The notes under the pieces were generated by a model. It was not told the origin of the DNA and ran no database searches. It saw nothing but the letters and a program-made list of their open reading frames with translations. From positions 672,001-736,000 of the forward strand of contig OZ240248.1 in NCBI GenBank assembly GCA_965198235.1: 64,000 nt of DNA. The letters are read 5' to 3'. Shown here in pieces: positions 52,023 through 61,574 of the stretch. The DNA is from Candidatus Poribacteria bacterium (GTDB lineage Bacteria > Poribacteria > WGA-4E > WGA-3G). Within the stretch, counting starts at the first letter, position 1. Every line of letters begins with the position of its first letter. Position numbers and translations under genes: made by a program.

Positions 52023-53957
52023 TTAACTTTCGACTGGGATCTCCGACATTAATTTTTGTGCTTCGCTTACCATTTTTGTTGGTGTAGACATTTTTTCACC
52101 GACTGCTAAGATTAACGTGTAAAAGTCATAAGCGGTTTGTAATTCATCATTGAGATGAGCACTTTCAGCAGCGTTAAAATAACAGACGGTTGCCATCCGA
52201 TGGCATTCTTCGACGAGCGATGGCAAGTTCGCGTAGCCGTGGTTGTAAGCGGCGAGGATATAAGATTTTCCTGCTTCTTCCCATGAACGCTGTAGTTCGA
52301 ATTGACGTGCCAAGCGCGTGTAATAAATCCCACCTTTTTTGGCGGTTTTCTTGGCGAGACGCTGCTTCTCTGCGACTGTGTAAGCGAAGCGAGCGCGCGT
52401 ATAACAGTTGGCGACGAGTTCTAAATCGTCTTTCTTGACAAAGTTGTTAGCCTGTTTTTGATAGAATCTACCGAGCCTTCTATAAAGTACGTGGCACTGC
52501 CGGGTCCGCCCCTGTTGTTCATAGATTTGAATTTGCCGGAAGATACGAAATGCTTCTACTTCATGTGGATATTGGATGTCGCTGTGAACCTGATCGAGTA
52601 GGAATTCCGGGGATGCCTCCTCAATTACGAGTCGATAACTGCCGGTTGCCCTAACGCGAGGTCGTATGGGTGTTATATCTGTTGTTTCTTCTGGTACTGG
52701 TATTTGATGCTCAAGCCATGTACGAAGGACAATGCTTTCATTCTCCGGTAATTTCTGAATGAGTGTAACAATTTCCTCAACTGTCGGGTTTGCTGGAAAG
52801 ACCATGTTCGCGGCACTGAGATCTTCAAAGAGATTATCTACAGTTTTGGTTAAACCCTGATCGTCGATATAGAGACAACTTGCTTTGTGGAGTTCTAATA
52901 GTACGCTTCGAAAGTCTTGGTTTTCGATGTAACGTGCGGCGAGTGTATAGTGTCTTTGAACTTGGGTTGCCAACTTCTCGCGTTTACTATTTTCCTCTTT
53001 CTGCCGTCGTTGAAAAAAGAGGTTTTGATTCATCCGTTCCGCGTCTGCAAGCGAGAGGCGAAACGTTTTACGGTATCGTTCAAGTGCTTCTGCTAATCTT
53101 GGATTGTTGGAATTAACGCTCGCGTCAATAAGTTGGGAAGCTTGTTTAACATACTCATCTTGGCGAATCCGATCCAGTTCTTCGTACATCTCATCCGCAC
53201 TCTGATGGCGTTCTGAGAGTTGTCGGTGAAGTGCTTTTTGTAGGAAATTGCGGAGTACTTCGGGACATCTATGGATTTCTTCTATTTCTCCGGCTGCTTT
53301 CTTTTTATCCATTTCCTTGTTTTTACCTGAAAATGGGAATCGCCCGGTTACAGCTTGATACAAGATGAGTGCTGTCGAATAGAGATCTGCACGATAGTCA
53401 TAAGCTCCGTAGTGTTGTTCGGGTGCCATGTAACGTCGGGTGCCAGCCATGGTTTCAGCGAATTCAGTGGTTTCGCCAAATATACGAGCGATGCTAAAGT
53501 CAGCGACTTTTGCTTCTTTTTCGGTTGTGAGTAAGATATTTTGCGGTTTGATATCGCGATGCATAATCTTGTGAGCATGCGCAGTTTTTAGCCCACGACA
53601 AATGTCTAAGCCGATATTGAGCGTATCTGTTAGACTGAGTGCGCCCTCCTGCATTAGATCGTGAAGACTCTTGCCCTCAACATATTCCATCACTATCCAC
53701 GCGACATAGTCATTTTCGCCGGGTTCAACGGTATGAATGGAGACGATATTTGGTTCTCCCCAAATCTTCGACATTGCTTGAAATTCGGTCAGCAAAAACT
53801 TCATTCTACTGGCAGGATAGGCGGTTTTTGCTAAGGCTTTAATAGCAACAATTCGATTCGTCATCTCTTCGCGGGCGCGAAAAACCGAGGAGAATCCCCC
53901 TGAATTGAGAAACTCAAGCAATCTATATTTACCTAAGATTAGTTGGTCAATCTGCAT
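52023..53957 (-). CDS. Hanks-type Ser/Thr protein kinase with a helical-repeat C-terminus
   Basis: VAIK, HRDIKPQN, DFS, GT..YMAPE and DLYS motifs. Confidence 0.9.
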   Translation of the reverse strand: MQIDQLILGKYRLLEFLNSGGFSSVFRAREEMTNRIVAIKALAKTAYPASRMKFLLTEFQAMSKIWGEPNIVSIHTVEPGENDYVAWIVMEYVEGKSLHDLMQEGALSLTDTLNIGLDICRGLKTAHAHKIMHRDIKPQNILLTTEKEAKVADFSIARIFGETTEFAETMAGTRRYMAPEQHYGAYDYRADLYSTALILYQAVTGRFPFSGKNKEMDKKKAAGEIEEIHRCPEVLRNFLQKALHRQLSERHQSADEMYEELDRIRQDEYVKQASQLIDASVNSNNPRLAEALERYRKTFRLSLADAERMNQNLFFQRRQKEENSKREKLATQVQRHYTLAARYIENQDFRSVLLELHKASCLYIDDQGLTKTVDNLFEDLSAANMVFPANPTVEEIVTLIQKLPENESIVLRTWLEHQIPVPEETTDITPIRPRVRATGSYRLVIEEASPEFLLDQVHSDIQYPHEVEAFRIFRQIQIYEQQGRTRQCHVLYRRLGRFYQKQANNFVKKDDLELVANCYTRARFAYTVAEKQRLAKKTAKKGGIYYTRLARQFELQRSWEEAGKSYILAAYNHGYANLPSLVEECHRMATVCYFNAAESAHLNDELQTAYDFYTLILAVGEKMSTPTKMVSEAQKLMSEIPVES

Positions 53958-54051
53958 AATGGACGCTCAAAGGGGACAGAGTATACGTCTTAGTAATAAA
54001 ATTAACAGAATTAAGATTAATTGTCAACATAAAAATACATTTTTAACAAAT

Positions 54052-54711
54052 CTAAACTGAATTAGAGCCTGAACGGGCGCGTTGTACCTCCTTGACCAGT
54101 TCCTCAGCTCTCTCCGTGAGGATTGCGAATTCACCAGCTGCAATGAGTTGATTGTTAACAAGAGCACTTCCGACCCCCAAAGCGGTTGCACCGGCTGTGA
54201 TAAAATCAGCCGCGTTTTCCGCATTGATGCCACCTGTTGGAACCAGCGGGATCTGTGGCAGCGGAGCTTTCACATCTTTTATATAGTCGGCACCGACACC
54301 GCTTGATGGGAACACCTTCACATAGTCTGCTCCAGTCTCCCATGCCATCAAGATTTCCGTTGGCGTAAATGCACCGGGGATAACAACTTTACCGTAGCGG
54401 TTACAAATCTCGATTACATCCGGCTTTGTAACCGGACTGACGACAAAATCAGCACCTGATAACATCACAGCACGTGCTGTTTCTGCGTCTAATACCGATC
54501 CAGCACCTACAAGAACCGTATCTCCATACGTCGACGAAACGTCGTTAATCACTTGTAACGCGTTCGGCGTTGTCATCGTCACTTCAATTACGTTAACACC
54601 ACCCGCATGGATTGCCGCCGCTGCTTCAATCAATTCATTTGCACTATTGGCACGAATGATAGCAACAATACCACATGCTTCAATCTGTTGCATCTGTTCT
54701 AATTTTGTCAT
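54052..54711 (-). CDS. eda: KDPG/KHG aldolase
   Basis: IEVTMTTP, GAGSVLD, TPTEI, VKVFP and PTGG motifs. Confidence 0.92.
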   Translation of the reverse strand: MTKLEQMQQIEACGIVAIIRANSANELIEAAAAIHAGGVNVIEVTMTTPNALQVINDVSSTYGDTVLVGAGSVLDAETARAVMLSGADFVVSPVTKPDVIEICNRYGKVVIPGAFTPTEILMAWETGADYVKVFPSSGVGADYIKDVKAPLPQIPLVPTGGINAENAADFITAGATALGVGSALVNNQLIAAGEFAILTERAEELVKEVQRARSGSNSV

Positions 54712-54929
54712 AGACACTCTCAAAATTAACACTATTTGTTTGGGGTTAAAGGTATTTCTTAATGTTGGCTTACAAACGACATCTACAAAAGGTAATATTT
54801 TTGTTGCGATTTTTTTGTCAATATGTTATCATTAAATAAATGCCCAGATTACAAATTACCGCTGATTCAGTGCACTTAATAGCAATTTTCGGCATGCGGT
54901 TCCGCCGAAAAATTGTTTTCTAAAAAAGA

Positions 54930-56273
54930 ATGGAAGTTGTTCCACTACTCCCCTATCTGATCGGTTTAACAGGGTTACTCGTCCTCTCGGGCTTCTTCTC
55001 CGGCTCCGAGACGGCTTTATGCGCACTTACCCGCGTCCAAATTGAAAAGCTCCGTCTTGAAAAGGGCAACGCGTCTGCAATAGTCAGTTTTGTTGACAAC
55101 CCACGCAGACTGTTTATCACCGTTCTACTCGGTAATAATCTTGTCAATGTCGCTTTCGCGATCCTCATGCTATGGCTTGTTAAACGAGTGCTCCCGCAAT
55201 ATACAGAAGTGCCCCAGTTCGCTGCAGCCACAGCCCTTAGTGTCATCCTTATGCTTATTTTCGGTGAAATGACTCCGAAAACTTACGCGATTAAGCATGC
55301 GGAATTTTTTTCAAAAATCGCCGCGCCACCGCTATGGATATTTTCCATTATCATTTCACCCTTACGTGGCTTGCTACGCAGAATCATTGACTTCCTTGTT
55401 CCAGTATTTGGCGGACACCCGGCACCTACGGAACACCTCACGGCGACAGATTTTAGAGACATTGTCGATACCTACCACGAAGAAGCACTGCCCCCCGATG
55501 AACGGGAAATTGTGAGCAATATCCTCCAATTGCGTGACATCGAAGCAAAAGAGATTATGGTGCCGCGGACCGAAGTCGTTGCAGTCCCGACCTCAAACAC
55601 TATTCAAGAAACATTAAAGCAAGCAAAGGAATATGGGTTTTCACGCATTCCGGTCTATCAAGAGCAAATTGATAATATCTGTGGCATCTTCTATGTCAAA
55701 GATTTAGCACGCTGGGGACACGCCGCTGTGAATTCGCTTACAATTGATGCTTTCCTCGAAAAACGGGATCAGATTTCTGAAGCCCCGTCTAATGCCTCCC
55801 TCATTCGCGAACCCATCTTCGTCCTTGAGACCCGTAAGATCGGGATATTGCTACTACAACTCACACGCGAAAAAACCAAAATGGCGATTCTCCGAGATGA
55901 GTATGGAGGTGTTTCAGGAATTGTCACGACCGAAGACATTATTGAACAGGTCGTTGGAGATATCGTCGATGAACACGATAAAGATGATTCTCCACCTGAC
56001 CTTGTCAAACATTCTGAAGCACCGTTGTTACTTGAAACTTCTGGACGTATGAGCATCCGCGAACTCAATCAGCAATTTGAACTAAAACTCAGCGAAGATG
56101 ACGTAGACACTATCGGTGGCTATGTCCTCGGACTCTTTGGTCGCATTCCCTCCGTTGGCGAATCCTACATTGACGAGAACGGTATCGAATTTGAAATTAC
56201 CGCTACAGAAGGCAATGCTATTACAGGTTTATTCATCAAAATGCCGGTTACTGACGGCAAAACTGAAGTGTAA
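54930..56273 (+). CDS. CNNM/CBS/CorC hemolysin-like Mg2+ transporter
   Basis: FFSGSETAL, FGEMTPK, MVPR, FSRIPVY and DEYGG motifs. Confidence 0.92.
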   Translation: MEVVPLLPYLIGLTGLLVLSGFFSGSETALCALTRVQIEKLRLEKGNASAIVSFVDNPRRLFITVLLGNNLVNVAFAILMLWLVKRVLPQYTEVPQFAAATALSVILMLIFGEMTPKTYAIKHAEFFSKIAAPPLWIFSIIISPLRGLLRRIIDFLVPVFGGHPAPTEHLTATDFRDIVDTYHEEALPPDEREIVSNILQLRDIEAKEIMVPRTEVVAVPTSNTIQETLKQAKEYGFSRIPVYQEQIDNICGIFYVKDLARWGHAAVNSLTIDAFLEKRDQISEAPSNASLIREPIFVLETRKIGILLLQLTREKTKMAILRDEYGGVSGIVTTEDIIEQVVGDIVDEHDKDDSPPDLVKHSEAPLLLETSGRMSIRELNQQFELKLSEDDVDTIGGYVLGLFGRIPSVGESYIDENGIEFEITATEGNAITGLFIKMPVTDGKTEV

Positions 56274-56300
56274 CAACAACGGATACCGGATACGAAGCAA

Positions 56301-57662
56301 TTGAAAATTCTTCTATTATCGATCTTTTTAATCGGTGCGAGTAGCACAGAACAGATAGCTGTGTTAAGTTCACTTGTGATGGCAGTTCTTGTCTGCCTCG
56401 TCCTATCAGCTTTTTACTCTGGTTCGGAAACAGCACTTGTCTCCGTGAACAAACTCCGAATTAATCAACTCGTTGAATCCGAGAATGCCAGAGCGAGCAT
56501 CGTTTATCGTTTAGTAGAATCGCCCCAGAGAATGCTCGCACTTACACTGGTCGGGACGAATCTTGCAAATGTGCTTATTGCACAACTCGGTGAAGGGCTT
56601 GTTGCCCGAGGACTCCCGAACCTTGCAGTAAGTCTACAGGGACTCATTGCAACGGTTGGTATAACCACTCTACTCCTTATCTTTGGAGAAATTTTACCGA
56701 AAACTATCTTTCGTGTCAAGGCAGATACCTTGGCACTCCGCTACGCCTATCTCTTACGCCTTTCTGAAGTGGTTTTAGCTCCTCTTATTTACCTTGTGCA
56801 AACTTTGACACAGTTTATCATCAAACTCATAGATAGAGGGGCAAGCACACCGAGTCCTGATGCGCAGCGTGAAGAGTTACGACTTCTCGCAACAATGGGG
56901 GAACGTTCCGGCAACCTGCACACCGACCAGCGGCGTATGATTCATAGTCTGCTCAATCTACAAAACCGGACGGTTGCACAGGTCATGGTGCCGCTTGTCG
57001 ACATCGTTGCGATTGAGAAAAATACAAAATGCGAAGATTTTTTGCAAATCGCTGCTGACTCTGGCTTTTCAAGGATTCCGGTCTACGAAGAACAAATCTA
57101 TAATATCGTTGGGATTGTTAACCTCCTGGATGTTATTTATAATGACGTTGAATCAGAGGCGAATTCAAATCCTCGCGAAAAATCAGATACCCTGCCTAAC
57201 ACGATTGAACCTTTCATCCGAACAGCGTTGCACGTACCTGAATCTAAAAACATTAATGCTCTTCTCAAAGAGATCCAGCATACCCGGCATACAATGGTAT
57301 TTGCCGTTGATGAATATGGCGGCACCGTTGGTCTTGTCACGATCGAAGACCTTGTCGAAGAAATCGTCGGCGAATTTGCCGATGAACGCGATGCCCCCGA
57401 ATTTATCCGTTTGATTACGCCTCAGATCCTTGAATGTGATGCAAGAACTGAAGTAGATTTGCTTGAAGAACACTATGGACTCGCAATCCCCGAAGGTGAT
57501 TATGAGACGGTTGCTGGCTATATTCTGGATCGGACCGGCACTATTCCAGAAATTGGCACCGAACTCGACTTGGGTGATTCTATCATCACAGTTATAGATG
57601 CTGACGCACGTGCTATCCGCAAGATTCGCATTCGGCGACGACTCGGACGTTTTACCGCTTAG
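56301..57662 (+). CDS. Second CNNM/CBS/CorC protein
   Basis: FYSGSETAL, FGEILPK, FSRIPVY, DEYGG and YETVAG motifs; start uncertain. Confidence 0.9.
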   Translation: MKILLLSIFLIGASSTEQIAVLSSLVMAVLVCLVLSAFYSGSETALVSVNKLRINQLVESENARASIVYRLVESPQRMLALTLVGTNLANVLIAQLGEGLVARGLPNLAVSLQGLIATVGITTLLLIFGEILPKTIFRVKADTLALRYAYLLRLSEVVLAPLIYLVQTLTQFIIKLIDRGASTPSPDAQREELRLLATMGERSGNLHTDQRRMIHSLLNLQNRTVAQVMVPLVDIVAIEKNTKCEDFLQIAADSGFSRIPVYEEQIYNIVGIVNLLDVIYNDVESEANSNPREKSDTLPNTIEPFIRTALHVPESKNINALLKEIQHTRHTMVFAVDEYGGTVGLVTIEDLVEEIVGEFADERDAPEFIRLITPQILECDARTEVDLLEEHYGLAIPEGDYETVAGYILDRTGTIPEIGTELDLGDSIITVIDADARAIRKIRIRRRLGRFTA

Positions 57663-58423
57663 AGAATTCCGAGCGGCGGCATTACAACAATTTCTTCAGT
57701 CACCATACCGGGCGGTTGCTGACAAACGGAGACAACCGTACCAGCAACATGTTCTGGTGTTAACATCTGTTCAAAGTCCGGGTGTTCCGGCACATCGTCC
57801 CAAAATGGGGTGTGCACCGACCCAGGTAACACAGCGGTAACTCGAATATTCTGTTGTCGGACTTCACTGGCTAAAACCTTTGTCAGTGCTAACGCACCTG
57901 CTTTCGCTGCACAATACGCGCTTGAAGCTTCAAATGCGACTTTCGCGGCGATTGAAAGTACATTAATAATCTGTCCACTGCCCCGTTCCAACATGGACGG
58001 AAGCACATACTTTGCGCAGAGATAAACAGCCTTTAAATTGGAATTGAGTACCGCATCCCAATCGTCAGGATCGAAATCAACGACTGGTCCGAAATAACCG
58101 ATTCCTGCATTGTTGATTAGAATATCCACATGTTGGTAAACATCTAATGTACGCTGGATGAGTTGTTTCACAGCATCGGCGTTGGTAACGTCTGTTGGAA
58201 CAACGAGTATGGAATCGGGGTTAGAAACCCCTCCTACTTTAAGCTCCACTGCGACCTGTTCAAGTGTCTCACGTGTTCGCGCAGCGAGCACCACTTTCGC
58301 GCCCGCTGTGGCAAAAGCGAAAGCGATTGCTTTACCAATCCCTTTTGATGCTCCAGTAATTACCGTGACTTTTCCGTCAAGTCTTCCTATTTCTGACACA
58401 TTGGGATGGTCGGGAGAAACCAT
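57659..58423 (-). CDS. SDR oxidoreductase, putative sepiapterin reductase
   Basis: TGASKGIG, NNAG, SAYCAAK and PGSVHTPFW motifs; GGAGG SD; follows folE and PTPS. Confidence 0.8.
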   Translation of the reverse strand: MVSPDHPNVSEIGRLDGKVTVITGASKGIGKAIAFAFATAGAKVVLAARTRETLEQVAVELKVGGVSNPDSILVVPTDVTNADAVKQLIQRTLDVYQHVDILINNAGIGYFGPVVDFDPDDWDAVLNSNLKAVYLCAKYVLPSMLERGSGQIINVLSIAAKVAFEASSAYCAAKAGALALTKVLASEVRQQNIRVTAVLPGSVHTPFWDDVPEHPDFEQMLTPEHVAGTVVSVCQQPPGMVTEEIVVMPPLGIL

Positions 58424-58700
58424 ATCCACCTCCGCATTTTTTAAACTATGAGTCCCTGGGCATCGCTCCAAATGTAAAGCAAAGACAAATTATGCCATTT
58501 AAGGCATAATTTCGTTCCACGATGGTATCTGGTGGTTTTCAACGCGACTGAGGATCTGTACGATTCTTAACCCACACGCCCCGATTTTAGGTGTGGTTGC
58601 GAAGACCACCGTTTGTAAAAGGCAGTACTTTAAAGACACATTGTCAAAGGTGTTAGCGATCCACCAGTAGGAGAAGGATGCGTAAGCCCTGAGAAATATA

Positions 58701-59300
58701 TTAGGATATTTGAATGCACCTCAAAAACTCAGCGCGCGTTGAACTATCCTCACGGAATGTCCCCCGCATGACATTCGTTGTCATTTTCGGTGCTTGCTTT
58801 TCGACACCGCGTGCCATCATACACAAGTGTTGCCCCTCCATTACTACCGCGACACCTCGCGGGTCGAGTGCGGTTTCGAGTGATTCGGCAATCTCACGCG
58901 TGAGACGTTCCTGAACTTGCAACCGACGGGAAAACATATCCACGATCCGTGGGATTTTACTCAAGCCAATAATTCGGTTCCGTGGGAGATACCCAACGTG
59001 ACATTTGCCCCAAAAGGGGAGAATATGGTGTTCACAGAGACTGTAAAATTCAATTTCTTTCACAATCACCATTTCGTCATAATCTTCGTCAAAGATGGCT
59101 CCATTCAGAATTTCATCAACGCTTTGATGGTAGCCCTTTGTCAAAAATTCCATTGCTTTCGCGGCACGATATGGTGTTTTCACTAAGCCCTGACGACTCG
59201 GATCCTCGCCCAAACTTTCAAGAATTTTGGTAAAGAGTCCTTCTAACTCTGGGGTAACATTAGCCTGATTAAACTCCATTATGTTAAAATGTGTCTCCAA
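58701..59300 (-). CDS. folE: GTP cyclohydrolase I
   Basis: SLCEHH, GLSK, RLQVQERLT and HLCMMARG motifs. Confidence 0.97.
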   Translation of the reverse strand: METHFNIMEFNQANVTPELEGLFTKILESLGEDPSRQGLVKTPYRAAKAMEFLTKGYHQSVDEILNGAIFDEDYDEMVIVKEIEFYSLCEHHILPFWGKCHVGYLPRNRIIGLSKIPRIVDMFSRRLQVQERLTREIAESLETALDPRGVAVVMEGQHLCMMARGVEKQAPKMTTNVMRGTFREDSSTRAEFLRCIQIS

Positions 59301-59341
59301 TGGGCTGTATTTTCAATGTGCTTACTGGGTAGAAAGATGGA

Positions 59342-60169
59342 TTACTCCCCGTAATAGTCGAAATGGTTTTTGGGTGTCTCTCGCAAGCGGAGGCGATGTA
59401 AAACCACTGGGCACAGATTCGGTTCTAATACGTTCCAAAGCACTTTGACAAAGTTCTCCGAGGTTGGATTGAGGATATCAAACTCGGGCGTGTCGAGATT
59501 CAAATGTTTGTAATCAAAACGCGCATAGACCTGTTTTTGAATAACTTCGTCAAGGTGACTCAGCCCCGCAACCAACCCTGTTCTTGCATCTACGTCGCCC
59601 TTTACAGTAACTTCGAGAACATAGTTATGCCCATGCCCAGCTGGATTATTGCACTTTCCGAATATCTCTCGGTTTTCTTCGTCACTGAGCGCGTGGCTGT
59701 GTAAGCGGTGGGCTGCGCTAAACTCGTAGACTTTAGTAAGATAAACCATCGGTCCTTCCCCATAATAGTCTGCAAAATTTGTTCCACTTTCGTAGAGTCG
59801 CACCCTGTGCAACATCCCTCCTGGCAGAGAAGGCACAAGCCGTTGCCAAATCTCCATAGTAATGTTTTCGCACGTCGGTTGTAGGTGCGGGTTCTTTGCG
59901 AAAATGGGGTGTTGACGGTTTAGATGTTTGTGATCGTAATTGGCGAGTACTTCCCTCTTCAACAATGCGTCCAAGGTCACCAAATTGATTACCATACCGT
60001 CATCCACATCCACACTCCCTTTCACCATTACTTCAAGCACGTAGTTATGCCCGTGGCTATTTGGATTCGCGGCGGCACCGAACAACTCAAAGTTCTCTGC
60101 ATCGCTCAATTCAGGGATACGATTGTAATGTGATGCTTCAAACGCCGTCTGCCGGGTTAAGTAGTACAT
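59342..60169 (-). CDS. Tandem-domain 6-pyruvoyl-tetrahydropterin synthase (PTPS-II type)
   Basis: Two T-fold domains; second has CNNPAGHGHNY (CX5HGH), first has ANPNSHGHNY without the Cys. Confidence 0.9.
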   Translation of the reverse strand: MYYLTRQTAFEASHYNRIPELSDAENFELFGAAANPNSHGHNYVLEVMVKGSVDVDDGMVINLVTLDALLKREVLANYDHKHLNRQHPIFAKNPHLQPTCENITMEIWQRLVPSLPGGMLHRVRLYESGTNFADYYGEGPMVYLTKVYEFSAAHRLHSHALSDEENREIFGKCNNPAGHGHNYVLEVTVKGDVDARTGLVAGLSHLDEVIQKQVYARFDYKHLNLDTPEFDILNPTSENFVKVLWNVLEPNLCPVVLHRLRLRETPKNHFDYYGE

Positions 60170-60203
60170 CGGTTTCGTGCTGTTACGTTGTGTGCCTAAG
60201 GAT

Positions 60204-60497
60204 CTAAGCAGTGTGCCGCGGAGGTACTACGAGTTCGTTGTCGATTGACTCATATTGAACCGCCATAAGCCATTCGCCTGTCCCGCGTATCTGGACGTTG
60301 CACTTTTTCAACCACTCGATTAAGGTGACACGATTACGTGCTTCCCATTCGCAAACCATTCGTCCTGACAGCGTATCGCACAAGACTCGGATGCTGCTCA
60401 CATCGGCGTTTTCTGCTTCTTTGAAACGCTTCAGTAATCGCGTAACGTCTTGGCGTGTCATGCAGGCAATAGCATGGGTGGAAACAAATTTTGGCAT
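60204..60497 (-). CDS. DUF4242-like small protein
   Basis: MPKFVSTH...GRMVCEWEA pattern. Confidence 0.55.
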   Translation of the reverse strand: MPKFVSTHAIACMTRQDVTRLLKRFKEAENADVSSIRVLCDTLSGRMVCEWEARNRVTLIEWLKKCNVQIRGTGEWLMAVQYESIDNELVVPPRHTA

Positions 60498-60618
60498 ATT
60501 TTTTAATAGCCATCAGCCGTCGGCTTTCAGCCATTAGAGGGTGAGGTTACAAACCTCGCGAGCGGCGGTTACTGATAGTTCTCACTGCGAAGCAAGCCGA
60601 AGGCTGACAGCCATTCCT

Positions 60619-61467
60619 CTAGTCGCGGGCAATGGGTGCTCCGACGAGATTACCCCATTCCGTCCAACTGCCATCATAGTTGCGGACCTTTTCATATCCG
60701 AGCAGATACTTCAACACAAACCATGTGTGCGATGAACGTTCACCAATACGGCAATAAGCAATTGTTTCCTTATTCTCATCAACGCCTTCACCGCCGTAGA
60801 TGGCTTGCAGCTCGTCGTGAGACTTAAAGGTACCGTCTTCAGCCACAGCTGTCGCCCAGGGGATGTTCGCTGCGCCGGGGATATGTCCACCGCGTTGCGC
60901 GGTTTCGTTCATGCCGGGCGGTGCGATAATTTCGCCGGAGAATTCGGCAGGCGAACGGACATCTACAAGGTTAATAACGCCTTGTTCAAGCGTGGGTCGG
61001 ATATTATCCTGTGTGGCGCGAACGTTGTCATCAGGGAATTTCGCCTGATATCCTGTGCTCGAATGATCTGGAACGTCAGTGACAAGTTCTCTACCTTCAT
61101 CGAGCCATTTTTGACGACCCCCGTTCATCACCTTCAACAGACTTTCATCGTGTCCGTAATAGCGGAATTGCCACAAAGCATACGTTGCGAACCAGTTATT
61201 GTTATCTCCATAAAAAATAACAGTGGTATCGGTGGCGATACCGCTGTCATTGCAGAGCACCTCGAACTGTTCTTTCGTGAGGATATCGCGTCGAACCTGA
61301 TCGCACAATTGTGTCTGCCAATTGAGTCCCACTGCACCAGCGATATGTCCTTCAGCATATGCTGAAGTATCAACATCAACCTCAAGCAGTCGGATGCCAG
61401 CATCACCACCATGCTCAGCGACCCATTCCGTACTTACCAAAACATCAGAATTTGCGTAATCAGCCAT
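60619..61467 (-). CDS. Two-domain rhodanese/sulfurtransferase (SseA/CysA-like)
   Basis: LVSTEWV, GHIAGA, GHIPGA, YCRIGERSS and NYDGSWTEW motifs. Confidence 0.93.
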   Translation of the reverse strand: MADYANSDVLVSTEWVAEHGGDAGIRLLEVDVDTSAYAEGHIAGAVGLNWQTQLCDQVRRDILTKEQFEVLCNDSGIATDTTVIFYGDNNNWFATYALWQFRYYGHDESLLKVMNGGRQKWLDEGRELVTDVPDHSSTGYQAKFPDDNVRATQDNIRPTLEQGVINLVDVRSPAEFSGEIIAPPGMNETAQRGGHIPGAANIPWATAVAEDGTFKSHDELQAIYGGEGVDENKETIAYCRIGERSSHTWFVLKYLLGYEKVRNYDGSWTEWGNLVGAPIARD

Positions 61468-61574
61468 CAAAATCTTCAGGCTAGGGACTCCATGCTTTAG
61501 CATGGAGAGAAAAGCCTGTCTCCTAAAAGTTGAAAGTTAGTTAATTGTAAAGCTATATCCTCTTGTTGTATCTT

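Noticed and set aside
54930-57662. Tandem 'hemolysins' as toxins
   Set aside because: CNNM/CorC pairs are common Mg2+ homeostasis proteins.
59342-60169. queD / queuosine or 7-deazaguanine cluster
   Set aside because: The motif is CX5HGH and no queC, queE, queF or dpd genes are nearby.
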